64,000 nucleotides of DNA, taken from Selaginella moellendorffii. Its lineage: Eukaryota; Plantae; Lycopodiophyta. This document shows, one piece after another, positions 50,548-64,000 of the stretch. How positions within the stretch are numbered: the first letter of the stretch is position 1; each line of letters opens with the position of its first letter. The stretch spans positions 707,630-771,629 of the forward strand of contig NW_003314276.1 of the NCBI RefSeq assembly GCF_000143415.4. The letters run 5' to 3'. The position numbers and the translations under genes were made by a program. The notes beneath the pieces are model-generated. The model was not told the origin of the DNA, searched no databases, and saw nothing but the letters and a program-made list of their open reading frames with translations.

Positions 50548-51889
50548 ATAGCAAGCCCATTAATAATGATGAGTTCAAGGCCCTCTTCTTCAAGCACAAT
50601 AAGATGATAGAAACATCTTCCATGGCTAAGCTCCTAATTCACCATGTATATGAAACTAGTGTCTAGCAAGCAATGTAGTGTTGTTTCTACTTGTGTGTAG
50701 TTTTGGTATCAAAAGAATCAAAACAATATCCATGAAATCCCAGATCCATTTTAAAATTAAATAGTCACTAGTTTCTAGCAACCTTCATGCACCATTTGAC
50801 ATGACTTGTCGAGTTCATAATCCACTTATTCCAACCATAGATGCTCAATTATAAGTCCCATTAAGCATCACTGAAAAACATTCCTATAGTGATAGTGAGG
50901 AGCTTACTACTTCAGTGCAAGAGAACACTTGATCAAGTAAGTTTCTCATGTCTATGGTCATCCTTCTGCTTTAGACTTTACCATAACTGGTCAAAGAAAA
51001 CATGCATGAAACATAAGATTGTTGGTGCTGTGGCAAATGGGCTCACACAAAGGTGTGAAAGAGAAACACTGTTGGGATTTTGTAAGAAAACACAACTTAG
51101 ATTGGAATTTACAACAGTACAAAAGTCCATTAGAGGTATTTTTATTTTTTGGATTACAATGTATTAGGCAAGGTATTGTATGAGCTGCTAGCTGCTAGGA
51201 AGCATCTAAGTTCTTCCCAAAGCATTGAAGAGAAATGTTTAATCAAAATGCATATGTTAAACTTAAATATAAACACTTTTATAAACAGAAAGAAAAACAT
51301 TCACCTAAAAATAAGGAGTTAGGAAATCACTAGTCTTACTAAAACTGTAATACATTTGTTTCAAGTTTCTTGTCTTTTTCAATGATCTCCATCTTGCTCC
51401 ATTTTAGAATGAGGTAGAGGGCTATCTCTCTTTCTTTTACTTTGAAGCTAAGGGTGAATAGCTTTCTTCTCTATAGCTAGAAAAGGTAATGAAGATCAAG
51501 CTCATCAGTGTCTAAAGCCCAGACACTGTTATTAGTGTTTGTAAGTCTTCATTCAAAAGTGGGATTAGGATTGTGACTATGACTTTTATCATCATGGTCC
51601 TAAAGCTCATTCTGTGTGGGAGTGGACACAAAATGTCATGGAAACAATACAGAATTTAGACAGTATTAAATGTCCAATCTTTTGAAGGCTTTCCCTCCGG
51701 CTTGGGATGTGAAGGTGGTTATGGTATATATGGACTCCTTAGCACTATTTGTAGGCTGATGTTGAGAAATACGTTTCAAGACTAACACACATTTCGTGTT
51801 AATCTTGAACCATCAACCTTTGGCTCACCTGGAGAAAGATATAGAGATGTGTTACTTACTGGGAAAGAACAAACAATGACGGAGATCAC

Positions 51890-52200
51890 TGACGTCTGGA
51901 GATTCCCGCGATGGGAGAACGCCGCCAGGATGGAGTTCCAGGCGACGATGTCCCTCTCGGGCATGAGAGCGAGGATCTCCCAGATGCCCTTGTTGGGCAT
52001 TCCCGCAAGGAACGAGTTCAGCTCCATAGCTCGCACTCGGGCTCTTGACGCCCGTGTTCCAGGTCACAAAGCTGGCGCGCGACAACGAGGCCCAAGATGC
52101 TGCCAAGAGCCCGAGGTCTCCTCCAAAAGCTGCTCCTTAGCACTACATGCCCGTATAACACGAGGTGGCGGCTCGATCAACGGTAGCCATTCTCTCGTGC
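51890..52200 (-). pseudogene. PPR repeat fragment
   Basis: MPERDIVAWNSILAAFSHRG and FVTWNTG PPR-like motifs in shifting frames. Confidence 0.55.
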
Positions 52201-52245
52201 ATCAAATTTTGGTGATCGATCCATAAAATTAACTTTATAATCGTT

Positions 52246-55059
52246 TTAATACTCTTCATAGAACTCTTCTTCTTGCGGCTGCGCATAGAGTCCTCCCTCG
52301 CAATCTTCTTCCAAATGCTCTTCCTCTTCCTCTTCTCCTTCTCCATTTTCTTGCCCATCTTCTTGTCCATCGCATTTATAATCCACTTCTTTCTTCTCGT
52401 CTATAACAGCGCTGCTGGGACTGATCGCATTTCCATCTTCTGGGAGTTTTGGAGATGATTTTACGTCCACCAATCCTTGCGGGTTCTCCTGTTCGGATCA
52501 AACATTGACGAACTTGATGGAGAAGAAAGCTTTCGCTCGTACCTCTCGGTCAAATAGCTTGTCCAGAACATCGAAGTTAACTCGTGATCCCAGCTTCTAC
52601 ACACACAAACAAGCAAACATAGCCTTAGCTGCGCTTACAGTGCTATCAATCGACATAGCTCACTCTCACCTTTGCTTCCAGCATCTGACGTGCTGCCTCT
52701 GCCGCGGACTCTGCCGGAGGTTTCTTTTCAGCAACTTTTCTCGATTTTCTTGCCTGAACACATCCACTGGCGTGAGAAACAAATAAGAGGTGCTTCGTGG
52801 AAGTGCACAAACCTTTTTGGAGCTCGCGACGGCAGCGGCAGCAGCAGCGGCAATGTCAGCGGCCGATCCAGTTCCAGAAGAAATCGCAGACAGGGCGGCA
52901 GATTGTGCAGCTTCGCTTGCAGCTATTGCTGCTTCCTTGGCTTCCAGTTCCTGTGGATTTTAAAATGTCTTGCCAGTTCGGGCAAGAAAAGCGTGAGCTG
53001 CCTACCTGAAGGTATTCTTTGTTCATTTCTGTCCAGATGACAGTTTTCAGTCGTACTTCCTCCTCGTTGTTTAAGTACGCATTCATCTGTAGGCAAATGA
53101 CATGAACCTGATCAACTATATTTATGATTGCTGAACGTTACTTACCTCCTCGTCGTCGAGATCCGACAAACCCTCTTCTGCGAGTAAGTTTCCCGTTTCC
53201 AGAATTGTGTTTTCTTGAAAATCCTCCGACATGGGCTGGTTTAACTCGATGTCTTCATCAAGCTACAGATCACATAGTTAAATATAAGCAAACAAGGGAT
53301 TCAATACCTTCAAAGCCTTTCCTTTACCACGCACAGGCGATTCTTCAGGGTCTTCTAAGAGAAACTCCTTCAGCTTTCTTTTCTCAGCATCAAAACGTTT
53401 CTTTTCGGCTCGTTGAAATGCAGGTGGATTGGACTCTCCTTCCAAACCACCAGATACTTTCATAAACTGAAAAGCCAGATGTTAAAATGGCGAAAACTCA
53501 AGTAGAAAAAAAAAGACCTCGTCAAAGCAGCTTCTGCACAGACCATGGGCATGATGTGACGCACCTAGTTCTTTATGTTCGCAAAGAATTTCGGTTAAAT
53601 GTCCTTTGAAATTCACATGAGGAACAGGCTCCTGAAGTTCCAACTCTTTTGCTTTAGCCTCGAACTCCTCGGGCTACAAGTTTTTACATAACGCGGCTAT
53701 AAAGTAGTAACAATCTTAAATACATACCGTCAAGCTTCCTGATTCTGTATTCCCAAACTCGACAAGTCTCTTTGTCAGAGTATCGCCACAAACATGGACA
53801 ACACTCACCTGCATGCAGACATATGCATCAAGCCACAGTACGAAAGGAAGTGCATTCTTACCACATCGCTCTTACTGCACTCAAAACCGTGAATTTGAGC
53901 CGAAACAAATAGTGCCGCACCACAAACTCCACTTGGTTTTCTGCCTGTCTGTAACAGAGGTTATAAATGAATTGAAAATGTAAACGAGCTGACCTGAATC
54001 CAATCCCGCTTCATACTGGCAACAATTCTTAATGCCGTATTCGCAATGGCATGATGTTTCCGTCCGAAGGAGCCATTGCTTAATCCCAACAGTCCTATGC
54101 AGAAAGAACTAAGTCAGTCACAAAACAATAGAATAGCTGAAAACTCATATACTATCTGTAAATCTGTGAATAAAGAGACTCGGATCGACAGGCTTTGCCA
54201 TTATCGGATGTTCTTCTAGCCTTAGCAACCTGCATAGTTGCATGAACACAGCTCCAAGCACGTATCTGTTCAAACTTTCAGATTCTTTTTTCAGAAATGA
54301 TTAGATTACAAACGTCCAAACTTACACATTCACTTGAAGCGAGTCTGAAAAATCGATAAGCAAATAAGGTTTATTTTCCTGCCTGAAAAATCAATGAAAA
54401 AAATAAATCCAGGGGACGAGAAACGTACCGGCACACTATGTATAAGCAAGCAGCTGCCACTTGTTGAGTACGTCTGCCTTTCGTGAAGCTCTTCTCCACC
54501 GCAAGCTGCAGAAAGAAAGACTTAAAAACCAGCTTTGGCAATAAGCATCGTACCACATACAGCCGGTGAGCAGCACCCACTGCATCATCTCTTCCACTGA
54601 TTGATAGACTGTCCGCAATATCTCCGATTTCATTCCTTCCTGACCAGACGAACCATCAAACAAAGAAGAGCAACACCTACATTACAATCACAAACCTCTC
54701 TCCAAAGTTTTCTCGTGCGAGGCAGATTGAAAGCCACTATAGCCCGGGTCGGATCCAATGCGTGAATATTGTCCAGATCGGATGATATTTCCCACCAGCT
54801 GACTCTACAAGTTCCACAAGAAAAAAGAATCAAGCACGCTACAACAAACCTTCCCAAACCTGTCCAGCGGATCCCTTGCAAAAAGTAGGCTCGGACGAGT
54901 ACACATTATCATCAAGAACGCGGCCGCAACCCGTGCAGCACCTGGATCGCCACGATCGCGATAGAAAGAAAGGGGGAAATCCATCAAAACTTACGTGAAT
55001 CCGTTGATGTCATCCCTGTCCGCGATCTGGTCCTTGGCGCAATAGCTGCACCACACCAT
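52246..55059 (-). CDS. BRF1: TFIIIB subunit BRF1 (multi-exon)
   Basis: MVWCSYC zinc-ribbon start; FTKGRRTQQVAAACLYIVCR cyclin fold; YLNNEEEVRLKTVIWTEMNKEYL Brf1 TBP-binding block; acidic tail. Confidence 0.9.
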
Positions 55060-55224
55060 GATCTAGCAGAAGGCCAAACGATCGATCGGCGCGTGAGATC
55101 GCCGCCAAGAACACCGCCTCCTCCCCCATCTAATGCCACTGACCTAAATATGCCACAGACGCTCTCAAAAAAAGAGAATAGCGTCCATGTCAAAGCACTG
55201 TGCGGCCTTTGCCCGCGCCTCTAT

Positions 55225-55297
55225 TACCGTCTGGGGGGATCGAACCCTCGACCGTGTGATTAAGAGTCACTTGCTCTGCCAACTGAGCTAAGACGGC
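55225..55297 (-). tRNA. tRNA-Lys(CTT)
   Basis: GCCGTCTTAGCTCAGTTGGCAGAGCAAGTGACT-CTT-AATCACACGGTCGAGGGTTCGATCCCCCCAGACGGTA; cloverleaf, A and B boxes, T-run ~50 nt downstream. Confidence 0.85.
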
Positions 55298-55407
55298 ACG
55301 TCGGCGAAGAAGAGCAGGAGATTCCCATCACCGTTAAAGAATATTCTCTCCCTTATATCGGGCGAGGATCGAACCCGCGACCTGGGTAGAGCTGTTTGGG
55401 AGCGAGC

Positions 55408-56635
55408 ATGACGAGGCGGAAGAGCGCCGATGGCGCGCCCGGCAAGGTAGGGTTCTTCCTTTCTCACAGGATTCTCGAGCTAGATTGACGAGCGTGCCCT
55501 GCTCCAGAATGCCGTGGATCCAATCCAGGTCTTCGCGGAGAGATTGAGGGATCACAAGAGCTTGGAGTCGCGATGGGCCGTGATGCAGGAGAATAGGGTG
55601 GAATATTTCCGGGGCAAGGATTTCGTGTCGATGCTCAAGGCCAATCCCGATCTCGTCAAGGATGGCCTCGGCAGCGACGAGGAGGAGGTCGCGAATCTCT
55701 TGCTGCGCACCAAGCTCATCTTGCGCTGCGAGCGAGTCGTGAAATCGCTACGGCCGGGCAAGAAGAAGCTCTCCAAGTGGCCGGCTCGTCTCCAACTGTG
55801 CCCGGTAAAAGAAACAAAAAAAACTTTTGCCATTCCTCAAATTTACGATTGATCGATCTTCTTCGCAGGACCAAAGTTTCTCACAAAACGATGCGTTTTA
55901 TGCATGGACTTTTGAGAGGAAGCGGCCGCTGTGGCAAACAGTGCTCTCGTTTTTACTGCCAGTTTTGACGCTGGCTTGCTGCTTGTTTCCACTCTTTCCT
56001 CACTGGTGCAAGCTCGTTGTCATGTACCTGTGCCTCACGCTTTTGGTTCTGATCTTCGGCATACTCATCAGTAAGTCTCTCGTAGAACTTTGTCTTCCAT
56101 CTCTCATGGCTCTTCGCATGGTATTTCCAGTCAGGTGGATGATCTTTGGTCTTTCGTATATCTTACTCGGGAAGAGAGTCTGGTTCTTCCCCAACATTCT
56201 CGCTGATGACGCCTCGTTCTCGGAGATCATCAAGTTCTGGCCCGAGCCGCCCAAGGAGGACGAGAAGCCACCCAAGTGGACCTCTCGCCTCGCCTTTACG
56301 TGCGTTACCATCGGCGTCGTGTGGTTTTGCGTCAGGCATTCTCCTGATGAGGCAGCGCGAGCCAGGTCCGAAAGTTCTTTGTGTTTGTCACCTTTTCTTG
56401 TGCTTGACATCGTTCTTGCAGGTACCAGAAGGGTGTTTCCAATATCATTGACGAAATTCTCGAGTGGTCGCCCAAGCTCGCGCTGTCCGGGAAAGTGGAA
56501 GAGGCTGCCCCCGCGAACATCACCGAGGCAACCGAGAGCACCCAGCCAGCGAATGAAAAACCGGATTTTTCGAACGCGACTGAAGGGCAAGACCACGAAC
56601 AGGAGCAACAGCAGAGATCAGAGCAGGAAATATAA
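55408..56635 (+). CDS. SEC62: Translocation protein SEC62 (multi-exon)
   Basis: RVEYFRGKDF, RPGKKKLSKWP, TLACCLFPLFP, WFFPNIL; two to three TM segments. Confidence 0.9.
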
Positions 56636-56707
56636 AGAATGTGAGTTCTTACAAATAATTTGGCGACTGGTTACTCGTTTTCAGACTCTTTCTCGCGGCT
56701 AAGGCTT

Positions 56708-58499
56708 TCATATGGCCATGTTTTCCTGTTCTTCCCTTTCTACGTCCGAGGCATCGTCTTCCAGGTGGGCCGCAAGTGTGCTCTTGTTATGAGCCATGAA
56801 CTTGCTAGCTCCGAAGCCCGGTTGCACGATTTTGGCAATCAGGAGACCGATGGTTATGGACAGAGCAACAACGAGCATGTCAAACACAAATGCCATGCCT
56901 GAAGCTACGTCCCTTCCAAACATGGCCGCAATGCCTTCCACTCCAAGGCCTCCAGGAACCAAGAGTAGAATACCGGACAGCACCAATGCGAGAGGCAATT
57001 CTCCCGTCAGGTGAGAGTACAAAGTTCCTGTGGAAAACGAGCTATCGTCTGGAACTTGAAACTTAAGACAAGAATTACCAGTGATCCCCACTGAGAACGC
57101 GGCGAGTACTGTCGATGCACTTGTTCCTAGCTTGTCTGTGGCATACGCAACGACATAGCCGACGGTCGCAGCTAGTCCCATCCCTGGCCATTGGCTCAAC
57201 CGAGCATTCAGCAGGATATTGGAAGCGACGATATATCCGACTAGCCTGCACGAGTGGAAGAAAAAAGCTCAAGCCTCTTAACGCTTTTAAGAAAAGTACC
57301 ATAACGTGTTCCACCACTTCGAGATTGATGGAGGAGTACAATGAGCCTTGTCGTGAGCCTTTGACCACCACAAGAAGCTGTCCCCGATTGCCAATCCAAA
57401 TCCAAGCTGCAAGGCCGAAAAGAGGCCATGAATTACGCGTGAGGTGCCGGTGACGTGAGACTTGGCAACCATCTCGCTCACACCAAGAGTGAGAGGCATT
57501 CCTGGAGAAGTAGAAGCCATTACGAGTCATTGTCACAAGCAAGTGTTTGATATACTTTACCTGGAAGCAATTCCACCAGAGCCGAGAGTGCCAGTGAAGA
57601 AACACATAGCTTCAGCTTCTTGAGGTAGATTGAAAATACTCTGGCCAGGAACGAAACCAGCACTGCCACAATGAATTCCATGACACTGGCGAAGAGTGGC
57701 CAGCGTGATGCAACAATGTCAAGCACGCCGACCAAGAGTCCGAGAACAAAGCTGAAGAGAGCGTCCCAGAGATTTCCTGCCATGCTTAGTGAGAGTCTCT
57801 GCGGGCTTACTTTAAGAAGTGCTTACCATTGAAGAAGAGAAGCGAAGCCATTGAAGCAGACAAAGCGTAACTAAAGAGCCGCCACCAAGTTCCAAATTCC
57901 TGGGGCGCGGTAGCGATTGCTTTTAGTCTCCAGTAGGACAGGACGAGTGGAGTATCTCGCTTTCCCACGCTAATGGCGAGCTCGTCAGCCCGAGCGAGCT
58001 TTCCAACATCGAGTTCACTCTCAACAGTTATGAGATGAATCTCAGACCTGGGAAAGAAGAACGAGCGTTGTCATGGATTTGTCAAGCTACTCAAGGAGAA
58101 ATTTACTTACGAGAGATCGTCGTCGATATCGTTGAAGGACAGAAGGATGAGCGTTGGAAACACAGCAATGTTGGTATCTACGTGAAGCCTCTCCGCCGCG
58201 CGCTCGATCAAATGCTCAGTCCTCGACGCCGAGCTGCCGTAAGTGTGGAGAGCTATGGCAAGGCGGAAGAGGAACCTCCGCCGCAGCTCATGGCTACCGT
58301 TCTTGGAAAAATCACGATTCTGCGAGGTATCCACAGGGACTCGGCGATTGAAATACCTAGGGGAAGCCACGAACGAGCCCTTCCTGCGGAAATTTGGAGA
58401 TGGCGCTCCTCTTCCTCCTTCCTCGGCCGATGTCGACGCAGCAGCGAATCCACTGGTGGCCTCGATGAGCTTCTCCCGGATCCCTGACAGCCCCAGCAT
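56708..58499 (-). CDS. ThrE / Prm10-like threonine-serine exporter family membrane protein (multi-exon)
   Basis: LAIALHTYGSSASRTE, ELLPG..LTLGVSE, LLLVPGGLG; multiple TM segments. Confidence 0.75.
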
Positions 58500-58900
58500 T
58501 GGATCGATCTTCGCATTTCCTGGAGATTAGGGCCCAGACGATCGAGCTCCCTGGGGGATCAATGCAATGCTCACTCTCATTCGCTCATCCTAGCCTAGAA
58601 TCGATCGCTTTCTCTTCTACTGCTCGAGAAAGAAAATATTTGCGCCGGGCGATCGACGAATCGCGCCATGGCAAACGCCACGCCACGTAAATAAGAAGAC
58701 AGAGGTTAGGGTTTTCGCGCCAGCACACTCTTTAAAAAAAAGTACATGGCCAGTGATGTGATTCGAACCGCGGTGGTGCGATGGAATCTCGATGGGTGGA
58801 GCATATCCATATTCTTTTGTCATATTCTCATGCCCGAAATATAAAGTCTGGGGTTCGATTCCCTTTACTGCCACCACCTCTATTTTTTTGGCCTTCCACA

Positions 58901-61113
58901 ATGGGCTCCATCGCTGGCGAGGAAGAGCGCCAAGGAGCTGGCGATTGCGGTGGATGCTGCGGCATTGGTAGGGTTTACGTCAAGGAGGATGATCCGTCCC
59001 AGCCGGCGCAATGGCGGGAATGTAGCCTGGGGTTTTCCGAGATTTGCAAGGCGGAGCTGGTGCCGGATGCTCTCTTCCAGGCCAAGATCGATGCCGACGG
59101 CGCTGGCGCCGCTGTGGATGATGCCAAATGCGCGTGGCTTCGATCGCAGCTCATTGGATCAGGCTACGAGCTCTCCACTCCGTTTGGCAAGCGGGATCTA
59201 TTCTACGCCGATTACACCGCCTCCGGCCGATGCTTGTTCCACATCGAAAGCTTCATCACGCAGAATATCATGCCTTTCTACGGTGAGTTCTTCCTTGCTC
59301 CTAGCAATTCCTTCGATCTGCTCGAAATATTTTGGTTCTGGTTCTTACTTTTATCTTTCGATTCCCAGGGAACACTCACGCCGAGGATAGCTTCGTGGGA
59401 GACACCACTTCCTTCCTGGTGAACGAATCCACTCGCTACCTCAAACATTCGCTTGGAGCTACCGCCGACGATGCGCTCCTCTTTTGTGGCTCCGGATGCA
59501 CTGCTGCTGTGAAGCGCCTCCAGGAGGTCATGGGCCTCGCAGTGCCTTCCATTCTCCGGGACCGAGTTGTCAAGACACTCAAGGACGAAGAGCGCTGGGT
59601 GGTGTTCATTGGCCCGTTTGAGCACCACTCTAATCTCTTGTCCTGGCGCCAGAGTCTTGCGGAGGTGAGTCAGATCAATCGATATCTTGTCTCATGAAGT
59701 TTCGGCTCTACTGTAGGTGGTGGAAGTTCCCACGAACAAGCAAGGACTACTCGACGTGGAGTTTCTCGAGAAGGCACTCGCGGATCCAAAGTTTGCCGGG
59801 CGTCCCAAGCTCGGCTCCTTCTCAGCATGTAGCAACGTTACTGGAATTCTCGCGGATACACGAGCAATCGCTAGGCAGCTCCACCGCCACGGTGCGCTTG
59901 CTTGCTTCGATTTCGCTAGCTGGTAAACATTTTCCCTTTTTTGTTCGTTTGGATAAGACCAAGCCCCTGGCATCGATTCTCACTCCCTCTTGCTCTTTCG
60001 ATCAGTGGTCCTTACGTCCGCATCGAAATGCGCGCTGGAGAGCTCGATGGCTACGACGCGATTGCTTTGAGCCCCCACAAGTTCGTTGGAGGACCTGGAA
60101 CACCTGGGCTGCTGCTGATCAACAAGAATCTCTACTTGCTGCGTGACAAAGCACCATCCACGCCTGGGGGTGGCGCAGTCGACTTCGTCAATGGCTACAC
60201 GGAAGAAGTGAGCTCAAATCTGTGGTCCATAGCTGAAACGAAGAAAACGTGACTGATACCATTTTGGCAGGATACTTTATACCTGAGGGACATTGAGGCA
60301 CGAGAGGACGCCGGAACGCCACCGATTCTCCAGAAGATCAAGGCTGCTTTAGCGTTTTGGATCAAAGAGGAGATGGGATACGAGCTCATCGAGTCCAGAG
60401 AGCAGTACTTCATCACCACCGCGCTGAAGCGACTGTCAGCCAACCCGAACGTGATGCTGCTGGGAAACACGGAGGCGAAGCGTGCTGCTATTCTCTCGTT
60501 TCTTGTCTACGCGACGGAACCGGGTGACCAAGTTTTGGAGAAACGAAAGATCCTGCAAGGCCGGTTCATTGTCAAACTCTTGGACGACTTGTTCGGCATC
60601 CAGTCGAGAGGTGGCTGTTCCTGTGCCGGGCCTTACGGCCATGCTCTTCTCAATGTCGACCACAACGTCTCCATAAAGCTCCGCGATGCAATCCAGAGAG
60701 TAAGTTTCCAATCCATCTAGACCATCTTCTAGCTCATTCTGTTGTTCCTTCGTGTCCAGGGATATGGTGGAGTTCGACTTGGATGGGCTCGCTTGAACTT
60801 TGCGTACTTCATGTCGATCGAAGAGTTCGAGTTCGTGCTGTCCGCTATCGAGTTTGTTGCCGAGTACGGCCAGCGTTTCATTCCGCTCTACGAGTTCAAC
60901 TGGAGATCCGGAGCCTGGACGTTCATGCCCGAGTTTAAATCCAAGTACGCGGCACTAGCCGAGGAGGAGAAGCTTGAGGACGAGTTGCCGGAAGTGAAGC
61001 ACAAGACGTATCTGGAAACGGCGATATCAATTGCGAAACTCCTGCCGGAACATCCTCAAGAGCGAGACGTCCCCAAATACATCGATCCAGTGCTAGTCGA
61101 TTTTAGAGTTTGA
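58901..61113 (+). CDS. PLP-dependent aminotransferase class V (cysteine desulfurase-like), multi-exon
   Basis: YADYTASGR, GNTH, EHHSN, SACSNVTG, SPHKFVGGPG, GIQSRGGCSCAGPYG. Confidence 0.9.
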
Positions 61114-61294
61114 TGAGAAGTAGCATTCGACAGTGGCTGGAAATGATACTGATAAAGCAAAAATAATAAACGTTTGTGTCAATGTCTTATTGACTATGCA
61201 ATGGACCTTGGAATCAATCTAATGGGAAACATCCGTACCTGAGAAGCAAAAAGATTCTTTCCGGAATTTACAATGGCCCGCCTCGTTGGTGCTC

Positions 61295-62255
61295 CTAAGC
61301 AGGAATGGCAGCGACATTTTCTGTGGATGCTGGTGCTTGTTCCACTTGCGTGTTATTAACATATTGATCGAGGCCATTGATACGGGTGATCCTTATCCGC
61401 GTGAGCATCTGGAACGCAGAATCACATAAAATCGTTAACATAGGACACGCCAAAGATCGCTAATAGTAAAACAAAGATTATACTTGGCGATGGCCCTTGG
61501 TCCTACGATAGTTCTTCCTTCGTTTCTTCTTGAACACGATGACTTTGGCATCTAGAGCCTGAGAAAAGTCACTAGTGAGCAAAAAATAGATTACTTTGAG
61601 GAGCAACTTACATGCTCCTCCACAATCGCAGAAATGGTAGCTTCAGGCACAAATGGCCTTCCAACAACAGTTTCTGTTTTCGTCCCCAGTAGCATCACCT
61701 TGTGGAGCGATAACTACCCAAGAACACGAAAAGAAATCAAAAGCTTCGTTAAAAAACAAAAAACTACCAAAGAAAAGTTTCACCTTGTCATTCACATTTG
61801 CGCATTTCAGCCTCTCGATGTAAAGAACGTCGCCTGGAGTCACTTTAAACTGCTTCGCTCCAATCTACGTAGACAGGAAAAAAAAACAAAAAGGCTTAAG
61901 ATTTTGCGTAGAACACATTGAGCAATCAAAGTACCTGGAAGACTGCAAATGCGTCCTGCCGTGGGATAGCCAGAGGCTTGTCCACTACCAGGCGTCCAAC
62001 GACGGTATAGCCCAAAGCCTTCATAATCTCATCGGAGTTCCTCTTTCGATCGACACCGCCAAAGGACATCACACGGACATCCCTCGGCTCCACCCCGGGC
62101 TTGAGATCCAGCTCCATTCCCAGGCTCTGGCTCTCGCGCCATAGAGAATGCAGCTTCCTCAGACCTAATCCAAACCTCTGCGGCGCCTCTGGACGATCGA
62201 ACAAGGCGCCAGAGGAGCGGATCATCGCGATCGAGAGCCGCCTCCATGTCCCCAT
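61295..62255 (-). CDS. RPL21: Organellar (probably mitochondrial) ribosomal protein bL21
   Basis: FAVFQ, QFKVTPGD, KVIVFKKKRRKNYRRTKGHRQ; N-terminal transit-like extension. Confidence 0.85.
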
Positions 62256-62423
62256 TCTGGCGCTTAAACCCTACTTCTCCAAGCAAATATTTGGCTACCC
62301 TAAAATTCCCCAAGAGCCCTAGAAAACGAGGGTGTGGTGATTTTGGTCTCTCTCGGCAAGAGATCGCGGCGGCGCCATCATGTAAGCCTCTCTCTCCCGG
62401 CTCACATTCCGTGTGATCTCGCC

Positions 62424-62777
62424 ATGGCTGCTAGGTCGGACGATGCGGAGGAGCTCCAGGATCCCAAGCTTGAACTGGAGGAGATGTGCCGGCCGCGATG
62501 CGTTAAGCAATTTCTTGCCTACCAGGTAGAGCCCAAGCTTCGATTTCTTGCTCTGGAAACGCTCGGCGATGGATGAAACAGGCGTGTTGCAAGCGAATCG
62601 AGGACGATGACACTGGATCGAAGCATTGCACGGGGCAGTACCTGGATTTCTGGAACTGCATCGACAAATGCGTGAGTTTTGCTCGATCAAGATCCCTTCT
62701 TTTCGCTGTTCTTGAGCTTCTTGCTTTTTGCCCTCTCTTGGCAGGTATCGAGGCGGCTTTTTGATCGATTAAAATGA
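62424..62777 (+). CDS. QCR6: Cytochrome b-c1 complex subunit 6 (hinge protein), 3 exons
   Basis: DPKLELEEMCRPRCVK...KHCTGQYLDFWNCIDKC. Confidence 0.92.
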
Positions 62778-63074
62778 GTAGACAGAAGAAGAAGAACAAG
62801 GTCGTGATCGTGTGCCATGCTCCCAGATTTATCGAATAAAAGGTCACGAATAAGCTACATTCTATACTTTTTTTTTCCTGTGCTATCTTTAATGAGGACG
62901 AAGAGTTCCGTTGCTAGCTTAGAGGGGAAAAAGTCTTCGCTTGCGCCAGGAGCTAGGGTTCTATAGGTTCTCGGTGGCTCGATCGATCGATCGGCCAGCG
63001 CATCGCGAAATTTCGCATCGCAATGCTAAATGCGAGCTCCAGGAGGCAGTGATTGGCAGTGGCGCCGAGAGATT

Positions 63075-64000
63075 ATGGGATGTTTGGCGGTGGCGTTCTT
63101 GTTGTGCTCGATCCTGGCGCTTGCGGCGGCGGATCCAGCTCCTGGCAGGAGGATTCACACGCTCTTCTCGGTGGAATGCAACAACTACTTCGATTGGCAG
63201 ACCGTCGGGCTCATGCACAGCTTCCGGATCAGCGGCCATGTCGGGCCGATCACGCGGCTTCTCAGCTGCACGGACGAGCAGCTCGGGAGCTATGGCGGCA
63301 TGGATTTGGCTCCTACGCACGTTGTTCCTTCGATGAGCAAGCATCCCGTCACTGGAGACTGGTAAGGAATTTCTCGTATCTATCTACATTTGTTCTAAGA
63401 TGTGTTCTTCGTTCCAGGTATCCTGCGATTAACAAGCCGGCTGGAGTTGTCCATTGGCTCAACCACAGTGAGGACGCCAAGAAAGTAGACTGGGTGGTGA
63501 TCTTGGACGCTGACATGATCATTAGAAAGCCTTTGCTTCCATGGGATCTAGGCGCAGAGAAAGGAAAGCCAGTCTCTGCGTCTTACGGGTAAGTTTTCAC
63601 GACGTTCTTCAATCCGAGACAAGAGAAGTTCTTGATATTTTGATGTTTGTTCGTAGATATCTCATTGGATGCGATAACATCCTTGCACAATTACACACCG
63701 CTCACCCAGAGTTTTGTGACAAGGTTGGTGGTTTGATAGCTATGCATATTGACGACCTTAGAGCTATGGCACCTCTCTGGCTTTCCAAAACGGAGGAGGT
63801 GAGACAAGATAAAGAACATTGGGCCACCAACATAACGGGGGACATTTACAGCTCGGGATGGATCAGTGAGATGTATGGTTACTCGTTTGGAGCTGCCGAG
63901 GTTTGTAATTAAGTTTCTGGGACAGACTTTACAATCTTTTCATTTTTGTCACACAGGTAGGATTGCGTCACAAGATTAACGATGATGTGATGCTGTATCC
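63075..64000 (+). CDS. SERGT1: Peptidyl serine alpha-galactosyltransferase (partial, runs off window)
   Basis: Signal peptide; IHTLFSVECNNYFDWQTVGL, YPAINKP, ILDAD, WISEMYGYSFGAAE. Confidence 0.88.

Noticed and set aside
56000-56608. Antisense ORFs over host genes and pol (e.g. 56000-56608, 29629-30387, 23344-23952)
   Set aside because: Shadow frames of recognisable genes on the opposite strand.

Overview
Eukaryotic plant nuclear DNA. The very short (~45-60 nt) GT-AG introns, compact genes and PPR fragment suggest the lycophyte Selaginella (inference). Positions 1-~51,700 are a nested transposon island. It holds three copies of a chromodomain-bearing Ty3/gypsy family, non-coding LARD-like LTR elements, solo LTRs and a Cassandra-type TRIM with 5S-like LTRs. 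Positions ~52,200-64,000 are gene-dense host DNA: BRF1, tRNA-Lys, SEC62, a ThrE-family transporter, a class-V aminotransferase, bL21, QCR6 and SERGT1. The most unusual object is a 12.3-kb DNA transposon (19248-31574; 24-bp TIRs, 4-bp TSD, Sola-like DDD transposase) inserted in the integrase of a young gypsy. It carries a divergently transcribed multi-exon gene that appears to fuse a ParB-like domain, a degenerate amino-methyltransferase-like fold and an FCP1/HAD phosphatase-like domain. It also contains about 20 copies of a 22-bp palindrome (ATGGCRTGWGGCCWCAYGCCAT), several inside the cargo gene's tiny introns, making it a candidate ParB/parS-like self-targeting system. Second highlight: the gypsy family has spliceosomal-type introns inside its integrase, retained in all three copies. 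All domain calls are by-eye motif recognition; no searches were run.
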